A stretch of DNA of 64,000 bases from Octopus vulgaris (taxonomy: Eukaryota). The stretch is from assembly GCA_951406725.2 (NCBI GenBank), contig OX597832.1, forward strand, positions 3,782,001 through 3,846,000, in the 5' to 3' direction. Below, in pieces: positions 1 to 11,755 of the stretch. Position 1 is the stretch's first letter. Each line of letters opens with the position of its first letter. Position numbers and translations under genes: made by a program. The notes beneath the pieces were generated by a model, which did no database searches, was not told where the DNA came from, and was given only the letters and a program-made list of their open reading frames with translations.

Positions 1-196
1 AATCCATTTTTGACATATATAAGGGAAGTAACTCTCTAAAATTTATTATTAAATCTCAGAACGTAAAAAGCTACAGTAACACCCCTCCCCCTTTGTGGTT
101 AGCCATATTGAGATGGCTATTATACTTTACATCTCTAAAAATGCTTATATAATTATTTCCCTTACAAACCCGAGCAACGCCGGGCGATACTGCTAG
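1..196 (+). mobile_element. 3' end of a non-autonomous Helitron (5' part outside window)
   Basis: Subterminal hairpin CCCGAGCAACGCCGGG followed by CTAG (193-196) then T, the canonical Helitron 3' terminus. Confidence 0.75.
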
Positions 197-536
197 TCTA
201 TGTTAGCTTCAAGAGCTCTTTGTAACTACTCTGTTTTAGCCAGCATAAAGCTAAATTTTGTGGAGTTAGAAGCATATTCATAGTCAATAAACTAAATTTT
301 TTATCTTTTCTCTTTTACTTGTTTCAGTCAGTAGACTGTAGCCATGCTGGGATGACACCTTGAGGAATTTTTAGTCAAATGAATTGACTTCATTACTTGT
401 TTTTTTTTTTTTAAGCCTGGTACTTATTCTGCTGGTCACTTTTGCTGAACTGCTAAGTTTCAAGAACATAAACACACCAGCACCAGTTGTCAAATACAAT
501 TGGCAAATACAGACACACACAAACATATACACATTA

Positions 537-914
537 TCTCTCTATATATAAAGGGCAAAATGTCTGTGTACGTGTCCTTTATACAAATCCACAATTTTTC
601 AGTTAGCGGGCTCGCACTTTATATGGTCATTTAAAACTATCCAAGGGTGGTCGCGCACATCTTTAAATTTCCCCAGTCACTCCGCAAAGCCATTAAAAAA
701 TCAACAGAAGTGACTTTTTTGTGAATTTTCTATCCAAAACCCAATCAAAATGTCCGAAACTTGATACGCCAATTGAATGCCAGGTAGCTGTATGTGATTG
801 GTTGGAGATTTGGACAGTACTCGCATGTATGTGCGCACGCATGCAGCTGTGTGTATGTGTGTGTGTATGTGTGCACTAGCACTATGACCCGGCGTTGCCA
901 GGTCATAGTGCTAG
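537..914 (+). mobile_element. Short non-autonomous Helitron
   Basis: Starts A|TCTCTCTATATATAAAGGG, ends with a hairpin and CTAG|T; inserted between A and T with no TSD. Confidence 0.75.
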
Positions 915-941
915 TATATATATATACACATAAGTAACTAG

Positions 942-1114
942 TATAGTTGTCACTAAAGTGACAGAGAGTGCGATTAAGCCCCAGCATTGCTGGAGCCTGT
1001 CTCCCTAGTCAGCCATTATAAAAGTGCTCTCATGTAGCTAAGAGTTCTTTTGACTCTTATTTCTAGCTATACTGGTACTTACTAGCACTCTCCATCACTT
1101 TAGTGACAACTATA
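942..1114. mobile_element. MITE with about 30-bp terminal inverted repeats
   Basis: 942-971 TATAGTTGTCACTAAAGTGACAGAGAGTGC is the reverse complement of 1085-1114 with 2 mismatches; TA at both ends. Confidence 0.7.
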
Positions 1115-1289
1115 TTTGTTGCCTATCGGTTTTAAATTACGAATAGCCACCTTAATATTATATATATATATATGTATAATGGGCTTCTTTCAATTTCCAT
1201 CTACCAAATCCATTCACAAGGCTTTGGTAAGGCCAAAATTATAGTTGAAGACACTTGCCCAACGTCCCATACAGTGGAACTGATCCCAG

Positions 1290-1618
1290 AGTTGACCCTA
1301 GTATTTAATTTTTTAAGTACTGGTAATTATTCTGTCAGTCTCCTTTTACTAAACAGTTAAGTTACTGAGACATAAACAAACCAACACCAGCAGTCAAGAA
1401 GGGATACACAAACATGCACACACACACACACACACACGTACACACACACGTATGCATATTTATACATACATACATATGTGTTAGGAAGGGCATCCAGCTG
1501 TAAAAACCATACCAAATCAGACAGGAGTCTCATGCAGCCCCTCAGTTCACCAGCTCTGGTCAAAGCACCCAACCCATGGACAACAGAAGTTAAATGATGA
1601 TGATGATAATGATACACT

Positions 1619-1674
<56 letters not shown>

Positions 1675-1785
1675 TACATATAAACATGACAAGCTTCTGT
1701 CAGTTTCTGTCTACCAAATCCATTCACAAGGCTTCGGTTGGCTCAGGGCTATAGTAGAAAATGTTTGTCCAAGGTGCCACACTTG
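1290..1785 (-). mobile_element. SINE family A copy with a nested repeat fragment
   Basis: Same body motifs as other copies (ctaccaaatccattcacaaggct; aaaccaacaccag) and a (CA)n core. Confidence 0.6.
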
Positions 1786-2036
1786 CATGTACTGTAGGGT
1801 ATTGTGAAAACACTCCTGAGTATTTCCCAAGAGATTTTGCATTTGACAATATCATCAGAAGGTCAATCCTCTGCAAGGTAGATTCAATGTTATATAAACC
1901 AACAAAATACAAAGAACTCATTGATTATTTTTAATATCTCATATCCTCTCTGTTTTAATCTGGTACCCATTGGCTTTCTTTTCATGTCTTGTGAACATCC
2001 TGTGTGAAGGTATTCATTGTACCTGTCTTGTAAATG

Positions 2037-2074
<38 letters not shown>

Positions 2075-2299
2075 CTGTTCACTGATGCCCTATTTGTGTT
2101 TTGTAGACGTCATATAAAGTGTTCACTGGCTTGTGTCTGTCTGTCTGTTTACACACACCACACACACACACACACACATACACACACACATACACACACA
2201 TATGTTTTAGCCATATGGCTGCAGCCATGCTGGAGCAAATGAAAAGGTGCTCTGTAATTACTGCATAAAAGTGCAGCATAGTGATACAGAGATATCTCA

Positions 2300-3334
2300 C
2301 TTCCTGTAAGTTGTCTGATCCTTTATTGTCAAAATTTGAAAGATGCCGAAAGCTACTGACAGGGATCCTTCATCAATAGCTAAAGAAAAAACTCATGCAC
2401 AGGAGCACAGGATCCTACTACCATCAGAACATAATTTTATACAAAAACATTCAAGGAAATGATCAATAAAAACTCCAGAAAGCCAATCAGAACCATTGCA
2501 AAGCACCTCAAGGTTTCAGACTGCACCAGCAGAAGAGTTGTGCAAGAGGACTTTTGGTACAAGTTTTATGTAATGTGGAGAGGTCAGTTTATATTGGATG
2601 TGACAATAGAAAATCATTCAATGCATGCAAAGTGGTTGCTAAGCAAGTTAAAACACCAAGAGGCTGGAATGCTTTGGATTTTTCTGATGAGAAAATCTTT
2701 GTTCAGGACCAAAATGTAAATCAAGCAAACAATAGATAGCTGTGCAGAGACCCAAATGATGTTCCAATGACCATGCCTACTAAGTTTCCAGCAACTGTGA
2801 TGGTTCTGGGAGTCATCAGAAATGAAAAAGATATCATGCTTCTTCACTATTTTTCACAGGGATCAAGATTCAATGTTGTTGTTTACTCGGAGGTGTTGGA
2901 AAAAGTTGACTATGCAATGGAAGACTGCATGTCTTTCAAGACTCTGCACTATCTCATAAAGCTAGGACAACCCAAGGGTGGATGCATCCCAGTCTCCATA
3001 ATCGGGTTTTCCCAGACATATGGCTTCCTATCTCTCCAGACTTCGATCCACTGGTCTATTATTACGTATGGGGCATGGTCAAGAGAGAGGTCAGTCAATA
3101 TCCCCATATAATCTCTCAGTCTATGCTCTATGTCCAAAATTGATAAATATCACGTGATTCAAGCATGTCAATGCTTCCAACCCTCTATTGAAGTAGCCAC
3201 TGATGCTAACGGTGGATTCAATGAACAGATGTGATAAAAGGATTCTTGAAATTATTTGTACTAACTTGTGTTCAAATACAGCTATGTGTTTTTTTCTATA
3301 TTCAAATGATTTCAAAAACTAACACACACTGTAT
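2300..3334 (+). pseudogene. Decayed Tc1/mariner-superfamily transposase (maT/DD37D-like)
   Basis: Frameshifted ORFs: HTH-like KPIRTIAKHLKVSDCTSRRVVQED, first catalytic motif FSDEKIF, then TKFPATVMVLGVI; ends in TIR-like ACACACACTG|TA. Confidence 0.75.
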
Positions 3335-3394
3335 ATAAGCTGTTCACTGAACTTCTATTTCTATCTTGTAAACATTATATGTGAAACCATCCAT

Positions 3395-4463
3395 TGACCT
3401 ATTCCTGTTTTGTAAACATTACATATAAAGATATTCAGCAACCTTTTATTTTCTTGTATATTGCAAATTAGTCTTTAGACTAATTTTAATGTGTAGTTTG
3501 TCTCTTCAGCTCAGCATTTTGCACTGGTAATTAATTCAATGTTCTTGTAAAAGGCCAACATTTGTGGTACTTTTCAGACACTGTATTTACTCATGTATTA
3601 CCATTCATGTATTTACACATGACTTACCATTCATGAACCTCTGTAGTTTCACAGAGTTAGTAGTTTGTAGTTATCTCCATATTCCATAATAATAGGTGTT
3701 TGCACAACAAATCTAAGTTTCAGAAATATATCTATGGAAAGTGACTTTTCCTGTAAAGAATTTTAATTTATCACTGTAATTCAACGATTTACAGCTATCA
3801 AATATTTAGCATTTTATATAGAGTCCATGTTTAGGGATAAACTGGAAGCAGAGAAATGAATTAGACACAGTAAGGGTTTACGTCCTCTAAGTTAAAAAAA
3901 AACGATGCAGGAAATGTGGCAGTAGAAGGAAAAAGTTGATTTAAACCTGTTGGTGACATGGTGCCCAGTAGTTCTTTAAACCCTTTTTTATACTTTAGTT
4001 CCCCTCTCACCTCATCTATGGTTTGTAAGATATTTTTTTTTTCTTCAATTTCTGCAATTTCTGCAATTTCAACCAATCAATGACGTCTATTGAGGTGAAA
4101 ACATTCTGTGCCGTATGAATATGTCCCTCGTTTAAGAAACAGATTGGGTTTATTTACATTTCTGAAGAAAAAAAAATACCCTTCCCCCACCCCTAACCCT
4201 AACTAACCCTAACCCTAAAACAAATTGAAATGCAATAGATCGATACTACATGAATGGTAATACATGAGTAAATACAGTGTCTGAAAAGTACCACAAATGT
4301 TGGCATTTTACAAGAACATTGAATTAATTACCAGTGCAAAATGCTGAGCTGAAGAGACAAACTACACATTAAAATTAGTCTAAAGACTAATTTGCAATAT
4401 ACAAGAAAATAAAAGGTTGCTGAATATCTTTATATGTAATGTTTACAAAACAGGAATAGGTCA
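3395..4463. repeat. 217-bp inverted duplication (3395-3611 versus 4247-4463)
   Basis: Direct comparison shows reverse-complement identity with one mismatch that I could find. Confidence 0.9.
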
Positions 4464-4665
4464 GCTCGCCGTCTTGATAATGGTTTCATATTTTGGCACA
4501 AGGCCAGAAACTTCAGGGGAGGGGTAAGCTGATTACATTGACCCCAGTGCTTAAGTGGTACTTATTTTATCGACCCGAAAGGATGAAATGCAAAGTCGAC
4601 CTTGGTGGAATTTGAACTCAGAACGTACTCATGGACGAAATGCCACCTAGAAATTTGTTAGGCGC
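4462..4665 (-). mobile_element. SINE family B copy; inverted duplicate of 7199-7404
   Basis: Core gtcgactttgcatttcatcctttcgggtcgataaaata on the - strand; shares non-core flanks with 7199-7404. Confidence 0.8.
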
Positions 4666-5532
4666 CAGTGAACTGGCGTTCAATAGAGTTCAAAACTCTA
4701 TTTTGTTTGCCTCTCCTCCTCCTCCTCCTCCTCATTCCATTCCTCTTTCTTTCTACCTTTCTAACACTGTTGCTCATAACACTTCTTGTTCATGTCTGAA
4801 GCTCACATGGTCCTATATTCCTTATCAGCAGCAGCCAGTTTTATTTAAATTTGAAGATGTAAAACTTTACTATCTCTCATTCATTTCTCTTCTTTCAACT
4901 TTTCCCTTGAAGAAGGACTTTGTCCAAAATGAACTTTCCACTCCCCATGGCAAGTTCACTGTGATCATTTTCCTGATTTACTAAATAATACAAGTCTTGC
5001 TGGCACAGATCAACACCGACTTCTTAGAAATATGTTAGATCATATACATCTGATATTTAGTTCTGTCAGTACTTACTGCATTAAGTTGTTCCAAGACTCA
5101 TTTATAGTTGCAATGACTTAGATATTCAACTATGAAATCCCTGATGTAGTGCTGGTAACAGAATACGAACTGCTGGTCTTATAGTTGGGTATTAAGAGTT
5201 TTTTTTTTTTACCTTTTTGGTGATTTAACATCATACACATTTATAACACACTAAAGACCAGTTTAAAACAATTAGTTAATCAAAGCAATACCTGGAATAC
5301 AGTATAAGTCGAAACTACCAGAAAGTTTCTTTACAATACAATCTAAATATTTTATAAATGAAGTCTAACTTTATAAAAGACTAACATTAAAATGCAATTA
5401 ACACAAAGTACCACGCAGATGTATCTAAACTTAGAAAACTATGGTGGAATTTATCCCCACTTAAATATGAATATTTTGTTAGAACAAACTATACTGCAGT
5501 AGATACCATGAGAGGAACTCTTATATTGGCTT

Positions 5533-6402
5533 TTAGTGACTAGCGGGGACTCGGTACTTCGTTAGGCAACCATAATATACTACTAAGTATATTAAACGTT
5601 TCTATAAGCCAATACCGTGTACTGCTGTGCTAGCAGTACTCTTAAATGGCATGTTAAGGTCATCGCTACAGATTTTCCATAGAAATTATAGCCAACACTG
5701 ATTTTGTTGCGACATTTATTTCCGAGACGCCAGATGTAGATAGCCAATGAGATCGAAGATGAAAAATTGGTGTATATACCATATTTCAGGAGTTTTTGCT
5801 CCTTCATCAACCCATTAATCATCCATGAGCCCATTGCTTAAATAGCCACTACATATAGCAGTGAAACGTTATTGGATATATCAATTTACATATTAAGCAC
5901 ATTCGTGGAAGCTGGTACGTAAACATTTCATCTTGTACTATATTATGGTTATGTAGTGGATCTTGCAAGCATGAAGTGGATTCTATCCACCAAATTTAAA
6001 TTAACACTTTTTGTCTCCTTCAATCATTCATTTCCTTTCCCTGAACCTCACTGGCGAGAGGAGTGATGTAGTGGATCTTGCAAGCATCAAGTGGATTCGA
6101 TCCACCATAGCCAAATTTAAATTAACACTGCAACAGAACTTTACCCACGGTGGAACAATGGTTTTTCTGTGACAGCAGTAACGGTAAATAAATATTTCCT
6201 TAGAACTTCATGTATTGTTCATCTTTCACATCCCACAACATGCAATTATAACAACAAATTTTTATCGTCACAACTGCTGACGCCGACATTTCATAATATT
6301 GTTTACTAATCAATCTTACCCTTTACAATTGGTAACTACACCTAATTAAAATCTAGCCGTAACAGTTGCCTAACGAAGTACCGAGTCCCTACAAGTCATT
6401 AA
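5533..6402. mobile_element. MITE-like element with about 38-bp TIRs, containing nested LTR pieces
   Basis: 5533-5570 is the reverse complement of 6365-6402; the inner 25 bp GGGACTCGGTACTTCGTTAGGCAAC match perfectly. Confidence 0.7.
5952..6327 (+). mobile_element. Deleted LTR-retrotransposon remnant: partial LTR, short spacer with PPT, internally deleted LTR
   Basis: TGTAGTGGATC starts at 5952 and 6067; purine tract GAGAGGAGTGA directly precedes 6067; 6067-6327 runs TG...CA and matches both ends of the solo LTR at 53043-53770 in reverse orientation. Confidence 0.7.
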
Positions 6403-6404
6403 TA

Positions 6405-7185
6405 TTTACCTACCAGCTTCTAGGAATGCGCTGTGGTTCCCTGTTGATGTGGTAGATATGTTCTCTATCCATCATATTAAAGAAGAAGAATGAAAATCTC
6501 AGGGACGCTTCCAGAACGGAATATCTATCAGATTTCAGCGTGCATCATCTTAGAAGGAAGTAGCAGCCTCCTGGGGGTGAAATAAGCCCGTTGTGAAAAC
6601 TGGTCTGGGATTAGTATGCGGGTGTAACTCCTGATCAAACTAGATAACAATCACAAAATCCTAGAACTTATTCATCTTCCGGGAGGGATGCAGTTGTATG
6701 TTATGGTTGGGGGAAGCAGGCTTCATTGCTATCTGTGTGGTAAAACTGGCTACCTGTGAGTTTTCTGCCCTTGATAAAAGACAGGGAACCACAGCTCCTC
6801 CCTATAACCAGCACCATATCCTCAAAAGCCACATGAACAAGACCAACAGCAAACAACAATTTGTGTTGCTTTGTCAAACAATGTTGTCATGCATGGGAGG
6901 GATCCAGTCATTGGTTAAGTCCATCATGAGAATTGCTTCACCTGAGAAGGAAGGGGGTGCCTGCTTGTGGTACCCTAGGCAATCGGAGTAACCAGGATAT
7001 TTTTTGTTCCTTGGTTACTCCTGGGTGGAACTTCTCCCTTTGAGGAATTTTATTGTTGTTAGTTTTTATTGTTTAGACATGTTTTTGTGTTAAGCCTCAC
7101 TTGTCCCTTGTTTGGTATTGTTCTTTTTGCTTTTGTGGCTAATAAAGATTCATCATCATCATCATCATCATCATCATTATTATTA
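6405..7185 (+). mobile_element. 3' end of a non-LTR retrotransposon
   Basis: Ends with AATAAA and a (CAT)n/(TAT)n tail; decayed coding-like sequence upstream; family not assignable. Confidence 0.45.
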
Positions 7186-7186
7186 A

Positions 7187-7497
7187 GTAAGGTGGTTAGC
7201 GCCCCTAACAAATTTCTAGGTGGCATTTCGTCCATGTGTACATTCTGAGTTCAAATTCCACCAAGGTCGACTTTGCATTTCATCCTTTCGGGTCGATAAA
7301 ATAAATACCACTTAAGCACTGGGGTCAATGTAATCAGATTACCCCTCCCCTGAAGTTTCTGGCCTTGTGCCAAAATATGAAACCATTATCAAGACGGCAA
7401 GCTGGCAGAATCGTTAGCACGCCGGGCAAAATGCTTAGCGGCATTTTTTCTGTATTTACGTTCTGAGTTCAAATGCCACGAGGTCAGCTTTGTCTTC
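7187..7497 (+). mobile_element. Two tandem SINE family B copies (second one truncated)
   Basis: A/B-box-like head (tggcagaatcgttag ... gagttcaaat) and a conserved body resembling the Meta-domain of MetaSINEs. Confidence 0.75.
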
Positions 7498-7885
7498 TAG
7501 CGGTGTCATATGAAATTGTCACCTATAATTATGACCCTAGTATCGATCTATTGCATTTCAATTTGTTTTAGGGTTAGGGGTGGGGGTAAGGGTATCTTTT
7601 TTTCTTCAGAAATGTAAATAAACCCAATCTGTTTCTTAAACGAGGGACATATTCATACGGCACAGAATGTTTTCACCTCAATAGACGTTATTGATTGGTT
7701 GAAATTGCAGAAATTGCAGAAATTGAAGAAAAAAAAATATATCTTACAAACTATAGAATTTTCTCAATAAAGCCAAGAGAAAAAGATGTTTTATAAACAC
7801 ATTCTACCAGTATACGAAGTTTAAAAGTGTTTAGTTACGTGGAAATTATTTTAAAAAACTGCCGTTCAAACCGGAAAGATCCGGT
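7498..7885 (+). repeat. Interspersed repeat carrying TTAGGG units; partial inverted copy at 4015-4248
   Basis: 7538-7757 is the reverse complement of 4015-4248; contains ttagggttagggg. Confidence 0.6.
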
Positions 7886-7926
7886 ACTCTCCAAAAAGTC
7901 CAGGCTTTGTGCCTTTAGTAAAAAGG

Positions 7927-7976
<50 letters not shown>

Positions 7977-8559
7977 GGCAAGACGAACAGTGCGATGCGA
8001 TTGCAATAGATATTTTATTGGGTGAACAATATTTCGACACTTCGTGTGTCTTTTACAAGTTCAAAATATAAAGTGAAATTAAATTCAAAGATAGGAAACG
8101 CTGAACATTCAAAATTAAATCGGAATAATTGCGCTTCTTTCTAAGTAAAACGACGTCATCAGTCTTTGGTCTTTCACAAAAGTTAGCAGAAGGAAGGAAA
8201 GAAAAAAGAAAACAAAAAGAAAGGAAAGAAATGGAGAAAAAATTATTCAATCAAAAAGTTTAGTATAAAAATTATTTAGTCAAAAAGTTTAGCATAAAGT
8301 TTATTAATTCCTCCAGGATGAGATGTCAACAGTTCACAAATATAGCTCTCCTCATGGGTTTTGAGAACTGAAAATGTAGGTTCATAAAATAAACGTGTCA
8401 ATCTACTTCATTTTGGTTAATATTTATAGGATTGAGGTAACTGGATCGTTCGGTCAGTGTTGACTGGAAAATCCCTAAGGATAGTGACCTATTTACCTTC
8501 AATGACTGGCTCAGGATGATGTTCATACCAGTAAGCAGGAGTGCTGATTTTGTAGTGTT

Positions 8560-9780
8560 TACTTATTTTCCAATGTAAATACTGTCCCTATCATGGCAAC
8601 TTTTGTATTCGTTTGGTTTCAGCGAAGGACATCCCGAGATGAGATGGTCTATTGTTTCATCAGATTTATCGTAGAATCTGCATTTAGGGTCAGAACAGTT
8701 TTGAAGAACGTTAACGTGGGAGTTTTTGGTAAGCAAGCTTGTACCGTCAATACGAAACCTTTAACCTCTGCTTTCAGTCCTGAGCTTCTCAGCTATTGAT
8801 GGGTGGCTGCTTTGTCTACATCAGCATTTCTGCTTCGAAGTATATACTGTTCATATAGAGGCTTCTGACTCCACCGCTTCTCTGGTTTCATGTTTTTCAT
8901 CTAATTCAGGGTTAATGTCGAGTTCCTTTGCGAATTTGCAAGCTTCCTTGACAACAGAATGCGATTTTTGCTGCTTTCGTGTTTGCACACAAGCTGCAGC
9001 ATCCAATCCTCTGTCAAGTACTTGTTCATTGCTATTGTGGAGGTCTTGTAGTACAGTTCTACTTGCATCGTTCCTCTTCTTCCATTACGTTTAAGTAGGT
9101 ACAGACGATCAACGTCTACTTTTGGGTGGTGCATGTTCTTAGATGTTAGTAGTTTTTTGTCTTCCTGTCCAGGCGATGGAGTTCTGTAAGTTTCCAGTTA
9201 ATGATGTTAAAACTGCATTGGACTACTTGGAAGTGTTAATAGCTTCGATGCGATTTTTGGAGTTGAGTTCAGTTTTTGGTACGAGTCGTAATACTCCTTT
9301 CGTATTTTTCCTTCATAGTAGTATGTTGTATACCGTCTCCTTCGTTTATCCCCAGGTATTTATAGCTTTCTTGTGGGTCAAGCTCTTTGATGGTAGTGTC
9401 GGTATCTGACTTAATGGAAACTATTTCCTTGAGCTTGCCTCTTACAAAAGTTGCTTTAGCACATTTATCAAGGCGAAAATCCATCCCGATGTCATTGCTG
9501 AACTCTCTAACAGTTGTTAACAGCGCTTGTAGAACTTCGTCGTTTCTAGCAAACAGTTTCAGGTTGTCCATATAAAACAGATGATTTACTATATTATACA
9601 TTTTGAACCCATACCTGGTGTTACTCAGTCCGTTTGAGAGTGTGATCAATGCAAAAGAGTAATGGGGAGAGGGAAAGAGTCACCTTGAAAGATGCCTCGT
9701 TTGATGTTGATGTTGTTAGATTGGCTCATCCCATTACTATCGTTTAGAAGGCGACGTTTATTCCACTTAACCATGCTACC
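8560..9780 (-). pseudogene. 5'-truncated R4/Dong-like (REL-clade) LINE reverse transcriptase fragment
   Basis: - strand motifs IKRGIFQGDS, NHLFYMDNLKLFA, DIGMDFRLDKCAK, YKYLG, MHHPKVDVDRLYL, LRSSGLKAE; 5' end abuts (TAA)n at 9781-9840. Confidence 0.85.
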
Positions 9781-9811
9781 TTATTATTATTATTATTATT
9801 ACTATTATTAC

Positions 9812-9843
<32 letters not shown>

Positions 9844-9917
9844 GCATTCCTATGTTCCTGTCTGTTTCATCCATGTGTTACACTTATACCAAGGGAGGTT
9901 ATAACTTGAATGGAGAA

Positions 9918-9957
<40 letters not shown>

Positions 9958-10881
9958 AGAAAGGGAGACTAAGAGAAAGAGGTGAGGGCAGAAGGTCTAT
10001 ATTATTTTGCATTCGTGTGTTCAAATTGCAGACACAATCAAAATGTTTAACGTAGTAGAACAATGTCATCAAGATCTATAAGTATACGCATTAAACGATA
10101 TATTAAAAGATAATTAAATTAAAGTGAAATAACCTTCGCAAATAGCTATGGATGTTGCACTTTCACCTTTAACATATTCCAGACTAATGGGTATGACAAT
10201 GTTGGGGCACAACCATTATTCTTTCTTTTTCTTTTTTGTTATTTGATTTATATGTTTATCACTATTATGAGAGCTGACAGATACAGAAGGGGATGTAGAT
10301 ATATATATGATAATAGTAGTTAGTTAGCTAGATCGATAGATAAACAAACATACAGACAGACCAATTGACAGAGAGATAGATAGGTTGGTAGGTAGGTAGG
10401 TAGGTAGGTAGGAAGGGAGGGAGGGCGGTAGGTACAAAGGTTGGCAAGCAGGCAGACAGACAGATAGATAGATACGTAGGTGAACCTACAAATACATCAA
10501 TAGCTATGCAGATAAAGAGATATATTTATAGATGTACAAATAGATATGTGCCTAAACAGAAATGTTAATTAAAAGGAACGAAAATAATCTCAACTGGTAA
10601 ATAACTTGGATTGAGCCTTGGTAGTGGTTGGACAGCGAAAACTGTAGTATTATATATATATGAATGTTTTATCATTTTAATTAATCTTTTATTTCCTCAA
10701 GCATATTAAAAGAAGGTAAATAAACAGTATCTGCCCGAGTTCATTTTGATTGTTTAAAAGTACAGTTTTAATTAAATGGCAAGATTTCAAAAGGATTGTT
10801 TGAAATTCCTTGTCTGTGCTTAATATACTAATGTTATCAAATATGCTGAGTTATACCATGGAATCCCCATGGGTCCCACTA

Positions 10882-10939
<58 letters not shown>

Positions 10940-10974
10940 CACTGAGCAAGAGCTATTATTATTATCTTTTACAG

Positions 10975-11193
10975 CCCCCTTTTGACTTGGCGGGATATAC
11001 AGCATATAGTTGTACATGGTGCTAGAATTCCATCAATAAATAATACTTGGTTCAAGAATGGAGCTGGCATTCACTTCAGTAATACTTTTGGCTTTGGTAT
11101 GATGGACTGTAGTCACATGGTAAAACTTGCACAATCCTGGAATAATGTTCCTATAGCCACAAGCCATTCATATTTCAGTGAAGTCATGAAAAG
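10975..11193 (+). CDS. Proprotein convertase (kexin/furin/PC family), internal exon: end of the S8 catalytic domain
   Basis: Acceptor tcttttacAG, donor AAG|GTATGT; encodes (N)PLLTWRDIQHIVVHGAR...WFKNGAGIHFSNTFGFGMMD, matching the convertase LTWRD and FGFG motifs; phase 2 at both ends. Confidence 0.92.
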
Positions 11194-11755
11194 GTATGTC
11201 TTAATAGAAACATAAGATATTTTGTACCTCATATAAATAAATTCTTTATGTTCTTAAAATTAACATTCAACAGAACCACAGTTCTTTGTTGATGGCGAAG
11301 TAATTTATTAATAACAAATCATTGATTATAGATATTTATCTAGAATTCTGATAACTAATTTAACAATGTTTGCTTTTTCTTAGAATAAATATATTGATGA
11401 TTGCCAAATTTAATCTTCCTAATTTGATGCAATATATGTGTCAGCACTGATAACAGACTTATATAAGAAATATAATTACCTACAGTCAATGTTGACAATT
11501 CCATTGCTTAATTAGATTCACATTTTAAGTGTAGTCAATCTTAGTTTAAACTAGTTCAGTACTGTGTTGTTAAAGAGACTTGAAAAGCATTTAATTGTAA
11601 TTGTTACAAAATGAGCAGAGGTTCGATTTTGTGTAGAAATTCTTGCTTTCAAATAATGTAATAGTTCCTCGAGTACTCTATCATGCAAAATCAAACAAAA
11701 GTAATATTTTTTTTATTTTACAATAATAAAATAGTAAAAAATATTTTCCTTTCAG

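Larger units (their letters stand above)
300..1290 (-). mobile_element. tRNA-derived SINE, family A (internal microsatellite), interrupted by a Helitron and a MITE
   Basis: 300-536 and about 1175-1290 match the two halves of the intact copies at 47071-47500 and 55191-55670. Confidence 0.7.

Noticed and set aside
5554-5570. GGTACTTCG (GTS) as the convertase catalytic-serine exon
   Set aside because: Lies in a MITE TIR and is not followed by an A.AP..AG-like motif; that exon is probably upstream of the window
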